A DNA stretch of 37,412 nucleotides from Bacteroidales bacterium. GTDB lineage: Bacteria > Bacteroidota > Bacteroidia > Bacteroidales > UBA12077. Below are positions 29,561 through 37,412 of this stretch, in pieces. The notes under the pieces are model-generated. The model did no database searches and was not told the DNA's origin. It saw nothing but the letters and a program-made list of their open reading frames with translations. The DNA is taken from contig JANQHR010000121.1 in the NCBI GenBank assembly GCA_028282585.1, positions 1-37,412 on the forward strand, read 5' to 3'. The translations under genes were made by a program, and so were the position numbers. Within the stretch, counting starts at the first letter, position 1. Every line of letters starts with the position of its first letter.

Positions 29561-30844
29561 TTAATCCGACCAGTAATCTAAAATATTAGTTAGTTTTTCT
29601 CTTTTACGTAATAATTCATACGAATCATTTTTGATACCAATAATTTTGGGAAAAAGTCTGCTGACATATTTTGACCACATACTGAATGTATAACCTCCGG
29701 TATCATGAATAACTATATAATCTCCCTCATTTGCTACAGGTAGTTCAATATTTCTGGCAACAATATCGTTTGCAAAACATAAAGGTCCGGCAATGTGGTA
29801 TTTTTTTGTTTCACTGTTTTGTTTTAACCTACCTGCTTTATCAAATATAGAAAATTCATGGAACCAGTTATTCGGATTTAAGCATTCTCGTAAAAGTATA
29901 TCAGCTCCCGAATGAATAATAAGTGTGTTACTTTCTTCATAGTGTTTAACATATTCTACTTTACTAACTATAAATCCGGAATTCGCATGCAAGTATCTCC
30001 CAAATTCTGTAATTATCTGAAGTCTGTCAAGATCATACGAAGTTAACATATCGTTAATTTTTCGTCCATAATCAATAATATCAGGAGGTTTGGTATTATG
30101 ATAATAAGAGATGGGTAATCCTCCGCCGATATCAATAAAGGAAACTTCCCTATCATCAGTTTTTAATAGTTCATTTATTTCCTTAATAAGCTTTAGTCCT
30201 GATTCAATTCCGTTTAATAATAATTTCATCTCACAACCTTGGGAGCCAATATGAAGATGAATTCCGGTTAACCAATTGTATTTTTTAAAACAATTTAGAA
30301 TTTCTTGTTTATGCGATTTTAAAGGAACTCCAAATTTTGAGTATTCTCCGGCAAGTGAAGTTGATTTGATTTTACCGTAACCAACCTGTGGATTAATTCT
30401 AAGCCCTATGTTACTCTTTGATTTAACTGATTCTTTAAGTTTAGCAATTCTATCCAGTTCCATTATAGAATCTGCATTAATGTGGAAATCATTTTTTAAA
30501 GCATATTCCAGTTCTTTATGTGTTTTAGCAGGCGAGTCAAAAACAATTTTATCATTGCTAAACCCTGCTTTTTGAGCTATAAATAATTCACCTTCAGATG
30601 CAGCTTCCGAACCAAATCCGATTTTTTTTATTTCATGCAATACTTTAATTAATGGGTTTGCTTTAATGGCTGTAGTATGGAAAGTATTTTCAGGAAAAGC
30701 TTTACTTAAAAGCTCTATTTTATAAAAAAGATGGTTGAAATCATAAAATACGGCGCTCGTATCATGGATCGTATTAAATAGTCCCGAAGTTATGGAGGAT
30801 GAGAAGTATTCCTGGATTTTTTTTATGGAGATAAAGTGATTCAT
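29561..30844 (-). CDS. Fold-type III PLP-dependent decarboxylase (LysA/ODC-like, uncharacterised subfamily)
   Basis: PLP lysine AIKAN, EAASEGE, LRINP, SKFG, HLHIGSQ, DIGGG, EFGR, GPLC..D, HDTGGY. Confidence 0.85.
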   Translation of the reverse strand: MNHFISIKKIQEYFSSSITSGLFNTIHDTSAVFYDFNHLFYKIELLSKAFPENTFHTTAIKANPLIKVLHEIKKIGFGSEAASEGELFIAQKAGFSNDKIVFDSPAKTHKELEYALKNDFHINADSIMELDRIAKLKESVKSKSNIGLRINPQVGYGKIKSTSLAGEYSKFGVPLKSHKQEILNCFKKYNWLTGIHLHIGSQGCEMKLLLNGIESGLKLIKEINELLKTDDREVSFIDIGGGLPISYYHNTKPPDIIDYGRKINDMLTSYDLDRLQIITEFGRYLHANSGFIVSKVEYVKHYEESNTLIIHSGADILLRECLNPNNWFHEFSIFDKAGRLKQNSETKKYHIAGPLCFANDIVARNIELPVANEGDYIVIHDTGGYTFSMWSKYVSRLFPKIIGIKNDSYELLRKREKLTNILDYWSD

Positions 30845-30860
30845 CTATAATGATTTATAA

Positions 30861-32390
30861 TTAATTTATCTTCTTAAAATCAAGGCTTTTAAAATGGAAA
30901 TCGTGGCTGGGTAAATCGATTTTGAACCCTGTAACCTTTTTAGAATCATTTACATCAAAAGTAACCAATCCAAAAGGTAAAAAAGGATCCTTAAAGTCAA
31001 CTCTATATGTGTTTTGATTCCAATGTTCCATCTTACTGGTAAATATATTTTTAGCCGGAAGTAAAGTGCAAAACAATTCTCCATTTTCTACTTTAATCTC
31101 AGCGCTACCATACATTTTATCCTGATATAAACCTTCAAATTCAATATTATTTAAATCAGGTTTGATACTTGAGTCTTTTGTTTCCAAACGTTCCGAAATA
31201 TATTTTTCTTCTGAGCGTTCGGTTTCCTCTTTTTTAGCAAGATAATATTCAATCCAGTTTTTGCTGTAATGATTAGTAAAAACATCAACTATAGAGTAAA
31301 ATAGAGCAGTATTCCCAAATGTATCAAAGCCATTATTTAAAATAATTACCGCCATATTTTCTTCGGGGATTAAAGCTACTTTGCTTATGTATCCAGGCAT
31401 ACCTCCATTATGTTCAACAATTTTTTTATTATTGTAATTGTACGTACTCCAGCCTAAAGCATAATTTCTGAAATGAATTCCAAAGCTTTCTCTTTCCTTT
31501 GAAACCGAAAGAATAGTTTGAGGCGAGAAAAGTGTTCTTATTGTCTCTTCTGTTAAAATTTGTTCTCCATTATATTTTCCATTGTTTAACCACATAATGG
31601 TCCATTTAGCCAAATCCCGAGTACTTGACCATATGGAAGCCGCTGCCTTTGTTGCCTCAAAATCGTAAATTGCTATTAAAGAATCATTAAAATGCGGTTG
31701 TGCAATTTCTTCTGTTCCATCAAATTTATCATTTGACATTCTGGAATCTGTCATTTCCAGAGGATCAAGGAAAGTTTGTTTTGTATACTCTTCCCAAGTG
31801 AGACCAGATACTTTTTCAATAATTTTTCCGGCAATCATGTACATATTGTTTTGATATCCAAATCGTGTCCTAAAATCATATATGATTGGAACATATTTCA
31901 TACGTTCAATAACTTGTTCATTCGAATAATTGGTGTTGTACCATAAAAGATCTCCGTAAAAAGTACCCATACCCGACCTATGTGCTAGTATATCTTTTAA
32001 ATTTAGGTTGTTGGTGATATATTCATCTTCAAGTTCAAAGTCTGGCAAATAATCAACGATCTTATCATCCCATGATATTCTGCCTTCTTCAACTAGTTTT
32101 CCAATTCCTGCAGCAGTAAAAGCTTTAGTACAAGAAGCAATGTTAAAAATATCATTATTGTCAACAAAGTCTAATCGATTAACGTTCTTATAACCATGCG
32201 ATTTTTCATAAATAATTTCATCATCTTTCACAATAGCTATACTCAAACCCGTTGGTCTGAATTTGTCGAAAACTTCTTGCGTAATTCGATCATATTTTTC
32301 AAGATCATTTTCTTTTTTTTGAACGAATAATATTAGAGGAATTGCAATTACTAATATTAAAGGAATTATAAACTTCACGATGTTTTTCAT
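30861..32390 (-). CDS. Serine hydrolase with C-terminal DUF3471-like domain
   Basis: N-terminal membrane anchor, FNIASCTKAF, ILAHRSG, YQN, HNGGMPGY, C-terminal FEGLYQDKMYG domain. Confidence 0.88.
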   Translation of the reverse strand: MKNIVKFIIPLILVIAIPLILFVQKKENDLEKYDRITQEVFDKFRPTGLSIAIVKDDEIIYEKSHGYKNVNRLDFVDNNDIFNIASCTKAFTAAGIGKLVEEGRISWDDKIVDYLPDFELEDEYITNNLNLKDILAHRSGMGTFYGDLLWYNTNYSNEQVIERMKYVPIIYDFRTRFGYQNNMYMIAGKIIEKVSGLTWEEYTKQTFLDPLEMTDSRMSNDKFDGTEEIAQPHFNDSLIAIYDFEATKAAASIWSSTRDLAKWTIMWLNNGKYNGEQILTEETIRTLFSPQTILSVSKERESFGIHFRNYALGWSTYNYNNKKIVEHNGGMPGYISKVALIPEENMAVIILNNGFDTFGNTALFYSIVDVFTNHYSKNWIEYYLAKKEETERSEEKYISERLETKDSSIKPDLNNIEFEGLYQDKMYGSAEIKVENGELFCTLLPAKNIFTSKMEHWNQNTYRVDFKDPFLPFGLVTFDVNDSKKVTGFKIDLPSHDFHFKSLDFKKIN

Positions 32391-32663
32391 AATTTAAGTT
32401 GTTTAAAAGAATTGTTGAGAGAATAAATTTAAGAATTAATGGGATATAAAATGGTAAATATCCTTTAGTAAAAATGTATTAGGGTCTATTTAGTAACAAA
32501 TTGTAAAATTCGTAAAAAGCTTAGTGTAAAATACGTTATATTATTAAGAAAAACTTAGGTGTTATTGTATCTTTTTAGTTCTTAATGACGTAAAAAATAT
32601 AACTAAAAAAATAAGCAATTTTGTATGAAGAGTTATTGATTCATATAATCTAAACTTTGTGAC

Positions 32664-35600
32664 ATGAATAAGTATTCCTTTTTCGGACTGTTTTTTATAC
32701 TATTAATATTTTTCTCATTTAATGTATTAAGTCAAACTACCGCAGAGCTTACTTCAGGCGATCAAACAGTTTGCCCGGGAGATAATGTTACTTTTACTGT
32801 AACTTTTACTGGTGGTACTCAGCCATATTCAATAGACTATATTTATGATGGTGTTCCTAATTCAATAACTAATATAAATGCAGGGTTTATTGATATTAAT
32901 ATAGCAGCTGCTGCTACAACTGGTAATGTAACCTTAACAGGTGTTACAGACGGGAATGCTCTGCCTGATGATGTGCTTGATGTAAATTTTGAAATGACAA
33001 TTACCATAGATGAACCCCAAACCAATCTAACCATTAATAATACCAACATATGTGATGCTGGAAGTGCTACAATAACAATAATTTCATCAGAATTCGGTGT
33101 TAGCTATCAGTTACGTGAAGATATTGGAGAAGTACCCGTGGGGGCACCAATTGTTGGAGATGGTAGTAATATCTCATTTCCCGCCATATCACCAGGCGCA
33201 ACAACTACTTACAATATTTTAGCAACTTCAGCTACTGCTAATTGCGATCTTGAAATGGATACAAAACCGGTGGTTTATGTTAATACTACTCCTGATATAA
33301 CTTTAACTGTGAATGATGATGAATTTTGTGATGGTGATGTACTTGGAGGAGCTATTGAGATTTTACTTGGTGAGGCTAGTACAAAGTATGAATTAAGATT
33401 AGATTCCGACGATTCTTATGTCAATGATGTAACAAATGTAGCAGCTGGAAATGTTAGTATAGGAGATGTTCCGGCTTCAACTACTACTTATAATATTTAT
33501 GCAACGCGAACCGATGGTTCTGGTTGTGAAGCTGAATTAAATGCAAGACCGGTAATTACTGTAAATCCGCTACCGATAATTACATACGATGTGGGCGACC
33601 CGAATGTGTGTGATGGAGATGCTGTAAATATTTCAATTAGTGGGTCACAAAACCAAACTACATATGAACTTTTTAATCCGACAGCTATACTTGAAAATAC
33701 ACAAGCAGGTACAGGAGCAGCGATAAACATTAATGCAACTCCAGGATTGTCAGGAACTTATTATGTGGTTGCTACAGATGACAATACTTCTTGTTCGGCT
33801 GAATTAACAAATAAATCAATAATAACAGTTGAATCCGTGCCTGATGTTGCTTTAGCAGTTAGTGACCCTGTAGTTTGTGATGGAGAAGATGCAATAATTA
33901 CTGTAACAGCTTCTGAAAATAATACGAATTACCAGTTAAGGGATGCAAGCGATGTTGTTTTAAATACACTTGCAGGTACAGGTGGTGATTTGAATTTTAC
34001 ACAAAGTCCTGGTGTGGCAGGTAACTATGATATTTATGCCATAAGAACGGTTGGAAACTTTTGCGCAGCAGAATTAACCAATCTTTCAACGGTTACTGTA
34101 AATCCTTTACCTGCCAATAAGGTCATTACTGCAACCGATTATTGTGCTGATGCATTAGGTGGTACTATTACTGTTCCTCTTTCAGAGGTTGGAGTAAGTT
34201 ATCAAATATATACTGTGCCGGGTGGTTTAGCATATGGTGCGCCACAGGGTGGTAACGGAGCAGATTTAACATGGATTAATATTCCGCAAGGTGATTATAT
34301 GATTGTCGCAACAACAGGAGCTTCGTGTTCAATTGACTTAAATACCTTAACTATAACAGAGAATCCCATACCAAATCCAAATCCTACATCAAGCGACCTG
34401 GACGATAGAATTTGTGAAGGAAATACGGTTACTTTAAATGCCGGAGATGCTACAGGAGTAAGTTGGGCATGGGATAATCCGGGAGATTTGAATAATGCAA
34501 CTATACAAGATCCTATAGCTACTCCATTAGTTTCAACCACTTATAACGTTACTGTTACAGATGGAAATGGATGTCAAAATACTGGTTCAATAACTATAAA
34601 TGTAGACTCTAAGCCTACTATCAATATTAACAGTGATCAGGGTTCATTTACAATTTGTGAGGGAGGTGATATCATATTGACTGGAACATCTACTAACGTG
34701 ATAACAAATTGGATATGGTCCACTACGGATATTACACCATCAGCTACAGTTTCACCAACACTAACAACGCCATATACGTTAGATATTATAGATGATAATG
34801 GATGTACGAATTCAAAAACACAAATAGTAACGGTTAACGACAGACCTACAGCTAATGCAGGTAGTGATGAAACAATGTGTCTGGGTGTTGGTGTTACCTT
34901 AACAGCAACAGTTACCGATGGTACTCCGGGGTATACTTATGCCTGGTCAGATGGCGGTGGAGCAGCTAGTACCATGGTTAATCCATTGAATGATGCTACT
35001 TTCACTGTGACCGTGACTGATGCTAATTCATGTACACATACTGATGATGTAAATGTTACTGTAGTTAATAATCCGACGGTTACTGCCGTGGCAGATTTTG
35101 CCATTTGTCATGGTGATGTTGCTAACTTAACTGCAGTCGGAGCTGGTGGCAGCCCGGCCTATACTTATACATGGTTGCCTGGAGGGCTTTCCGGAGATAA
35201 TGTAAACGTAAGTCCTACAAATGCAATTTATGATGCAGGACCTATAAATTATTCTTACGATGTTACCATTGAAGATCAAAATGGTTGTACAGCAACTGAT
35301 CAGGTAAATGTTACTGTTAACTCATTAACTTCTATTAGTATTGCCAATGATGGCCAAGCTTATTGCCAGAATCAGGGGCAGATAACAATGGTTGCAACGC
35401 CGGGAGGAGGTGTTTGGACCGATGTGTCTACAGTGGGATTTATTGAACCAAATGATTGGTTTGATACTGATCCACCTACAACACCAGGAATATACACTGT
35501 TCAATATGAGTATACAAATACAAATTCATGTGTGAGCACGCAAAATGCAACCGTTGAAATACTACCTTATGAAAGACCAAATCCTACCGATCTGATTATT

Positions 35601-37412
35601 GAAAATGAATCTGATTATTGTCATGATGACCTTGCTACCTATAATATTACAGGAGTATTAACGCCAGATATCTCTGGAATGACAGGTGTTACAGAAGTAA
35701 TTTCCGGTCCTGTAGGAGTGATTGATGATGGTTCAGGTAACGGAATAGGAACCTTTGTCCCTAATACACTTGGGCAGGGAACGCATACCATTACCTACAC
35801 AATTACAACACCGGGTTGTAATGCTACTTATTTTGAAAATATAAATGTAGGTCTACCTGTGACCATTACAGCGCCTACCGATATGTGTGTGGGTGATGCG
35901 GATCAACTATTGGTTGCCGATAATGTTACCGGAGAATGGACAATAGAATTCGTCGATGATGCCACAAGTACAACAACAACGATAGGTCCTATACCATATG
36001 GAGATCCTGCCGCCGTTTTACAAGCTACGCAACCAGGTGATTATACAATTTATTATGAAGTAACAGATGCAGGAATAGCTTGTACCAATACTACGACAGT
36101 TAATTGTAGGGTAAATGAATTACCAGATCTAACATTTACAATAGGAACCTTTGATCATACTGATTTGGATATAAATTACTGTACCAACGATATACCTGTT
36201 ATTTTAGTAGGATATGATGGAGGTGCTCTTGCCGGAGGAGGTATTTTCTCCGGGCTTGGAGTGACTGCTGCACAATTTGATCCCGCCACCGGAGATGGAA
36301 ATTATAATATAAACTATGCATTTACTGATGCTAATGGATGTGCAAATACAGTAGTTAGTAATAATGTTCAGGTTAATCTAGCACCTACAGTTGATATTAC
36401 CGGATTAAATACGGACTATTGTGAAGATGCGGCTTTATTTACTGTTACAGGTGATCCTATTTCAGGAACAGGAGGTCCAGGAATCTTTACGTTCCCGGCC
36501 TCATGGGGACCGCCCGGAGATGAATATACAGATCCCGGAGATGGAACTGCTACAATTGATCCCAGCCAAATTACACCAACAGGTACCTATAGTTTAGATT
36601 ATACCGTTATAGATCTAAACGGTTGTTCAGGTACGGTAACAGAATTCTTTGATATAAATCCGCTACCTACAGTAGATTTTAATGGAATACCAGCTTCAGG
36701 AGAAATATGTAAAAATGCCCCTCCAATTACTCTAACAGGTAGCCCAATGACTTCGGAAGGAATATTTACAGGTGACGGTATTACCAATACAATGCCTTTG
36801 GATGGTACTGCAACTTTTGATCCATCTTTAGTAACTGTGGGAACTCACGATATTACCTATACATGGACAGATCCTTTTTCCGGTTGTGTAAATAGTATTA
36901 CCAAACCTATCGACGTACTGCCATTACCAGCAACGTATGCAGTTACAGCCCCTGGTGGTTTGGATTATTGTTCTAGTTTAGCGGGAATAACTATAGGAGT
37001 TTCAAATAGTGAAGATGCAACGAATACATATCATTTGATACAAAATGGAGTAACAATTGTAGAATCTTTACCTGGTTCAGGGGCAGCATTTAATTTTACT
37101 ATCAGTAATCCTGCGGGTGATTATACTGTTATTGCAGAAAATTCGGATGGTTGTCAGGCTACTTTTGGAAATACTGTTACTCCAATTGAACATCCTGCAA
37201 TTGGAGATGCAGGTAGCATTGTGGGTGACGCTAACGTATGTGCCGATGGAACAAAGCTATATACCTATTCTGTACCTACCATAGCCAATGCAACCGATCA
37301 TGTGTGGACAATACCGGCTAATGTTACAATCGATACAGATAATGACGATGAAATAATTGTTATTTTTGATAATGCTTTTGTTACTGGTGATTTTGAGGTT
37401 TATGGTACAGAT
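32664..37412 (+). CDS. Giant secreted Ig-like/PKD-repeat surface protein (partial, runs off window; probable T9SS adhesin)
   Basis: ATG 32664, signal peptide MNKYSFFGLFFILLIFFSFNVLS-Q, 1583 codons without a stop. At least 18 modules of about 80-100 aa, most with paired Cys (ICEG... / ...TDxNGC). Confidence 0.92.
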   Translation, partial: MNKYSFFGLFFILLIFFSFNVLSQTTAELTSGDQTVCPGDNVTFTVTFTGGTQPYSIDYIYDGVPNSITNINAGFIDINIAAAATTGNVTLTGVTDGNALPDDVLDVNFEMTITIDEPQTNLTINNTNICDAGSATITIISSEFGVSYQLREDIGEVPVGAPIVGDGSNISFPAISPGATTTYNILATSATANCDLEMDTKPVVYVNTTPDITLTVNDDEFCDGDVLGGAIEILLGEASTKYELRLDSDDSYVNDVTNVAAGNVSIGDVPASTTTYNIYATRTDGSGCEAELNARPVITVNPLPIITYDVGDPNVCDGDAVNISISGSQNQTTYELFNPTAILENTQAGTGAAININATPGLSGTYYVVATDDNTSCSAELTNKSIITVESVPDVALAVSDPVVCDGEDAIITVTASENNTNYQLRDASDVVLNTLAGTGGDLNFTQSPGVAGNYDIYAIRTVGNFCAAELTNLSTVTVNPLPANKVITATDYCADALGGTITVPLSEVGVSYQIYTVPGGLAYGAPQGGNGADLTWINIPQGDYMIVATTGASCSIDLNTLTITENPIPNPNPTSSDLDDRICEGNTVTLNAGDATGVSWAWDNPGDLNNATIQDPIATPLVSTTYNVTVTDGNGCQNTGSITINVDSKPTININSDQGSFTICEGGDIILTGTSTNVITNWIWSTTDITPSATVSPTLTTPYTLDIIDDNGCTNSKTQIVTVNDRPTANAGSDETMCLGVGVTLTATVTDGTPGYTYAWSDGGGAASTMVNPLNDATFTVTVTDANSCTHTDDVNVTVVNNPTVTAVADFAICHGDVANLTAVGAGGSPAYTYTWLPGGLSGDNVNVSPTNAIYDAGPINYSYDVTIEDQNGCTATDQVNVTVNSLTSISIANDGQAYCQNQGQITMVATPGGGVWTDVSTVGFIEPNDWFDTDPPTTPGIYTVQYEYTNTNSCVSTQNATVEILPYERPNPTDLIIENESDYCHDDLATYNITGVLTPDISGMTGVTEVISGPVGVIDDGSGNGIGTFVPNTLGQGTHTITYTITTPGCNATYFENINVGLPVTITAPTDMCVGDADQLLVADNVTGEWTIEFVDDATSTTTTIGPIPYGDPAAVLQATQPGDYTIYYEVTDAGIACTNTTTVNCRVNELPDLTFTIGTFDHTDLDINYCTNDIPVILVGYDGGALAGGGIFSGLGVTAAQFDPATGDGNYNINYAFTDANGCANTVVSNNVQVNLAPTVDITGLNTDYCEDAALFTVTGDPISGTGGPGIFTFPASWGPPGDEYTDPGDGTATIDPSQITPTGTYSLDYTVIDLNGCSGTVTEFFDINPLPTVDFNGIPASGEICKNAPPITLTGSPMTSEGIFTGDGITNTMPLDGTATFDPSLVTVGTHDITYTWTDPFSGCVNSITKPIDVLPLPATYAVTAPGGLDYCSSLAGITIGVSNSEDATNTYHLIQNGVTIVESLPGSGAAFNFTISNPAGDYTVIAENSDGCQATFGNTVTPIEHPAIGDAGSIVGDANVCADGTKLYTYSVPTIANATDHVWTIPANVTIDTDNDDEIIVIFDNAFVTGDFEVYGTD

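Noticed and set aside
29561-30844. Assigning the gene symbol lysA
   Set aside because: The CE substrate motif and other LysA-specific residues are absent.
638-36787. Short shadow ORFs in the track (e.g. 638-835, 1195-1413, 2046-2387, 6366-6701, 13890-14315, 16683-16985, 26317-26790, 32843-33049, 33497-33730, 34295-34540, 36599-36787)
   Set aside because: They are antisense to or out of frame within well-supported genes and have no recognisable motifs.
32664-37412. Repeats in the giant gene as a CRISPR array, DGR or shufflon substrate
   Set aside because: Periodicity is at the protein level only. There are no exact DNA repeats, spacers, reverse transcriptase or recombinase.
1-37412. tRNA, rRNA, known riboswitches (including cobalamin), transposases, integrases, recoded stop codons
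   Set aside because: No diagnostic sequence was seen by eye and the long ORFs are intact under the standard bacterial code. An Infernal/tRNAscan run would be needed to exclude divergent RNAs.

Overview
AT-rich chromosomal segment of an anaerobic Bacteroidota (Bacteroidales/Marinilabiliales-like; inferred from TAnnTTTG promoters, gene content and rseC-rnfBCDGEA order). 1-5700 is a housekeeping block: DUF2795, PduO-type adenosyltransferase, ABC ATPase, methyltransferase, recG, DUF3108. A complete Rnf operon follows (5835-11258), then a hybrid histidine kinase and a Gate-like membrane protein. About 15.0-20.1 kb is an accessory island of four co-oriented minus-strand genes (two serine hydrolases, an AlkA-like glycosylase, a GNAT) whose spacers hold decayed attC-like boundaries, a gene remnant, a MITE-like inverted repeat and operator-like palindromes. 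Next come tex, two paralogous outer-membrane beta-barrel genes flanking DUF4833 (with back-to-back ECF-type promoters), and a minus-strand cluster of serine hydrolase, atypical fold-type III PLP decarboxylase, class D beta-lactamase-like protein and DUF2892. The last 4.7 kb is the 5' part of a giant secreted Ig-repeat protein that the ORF track omits because it has no stop in the window. No tRNA, rRNA, CRISPR array, integrase or transposase was seen. All family calls come from motif recognition by eye, not from database searches.
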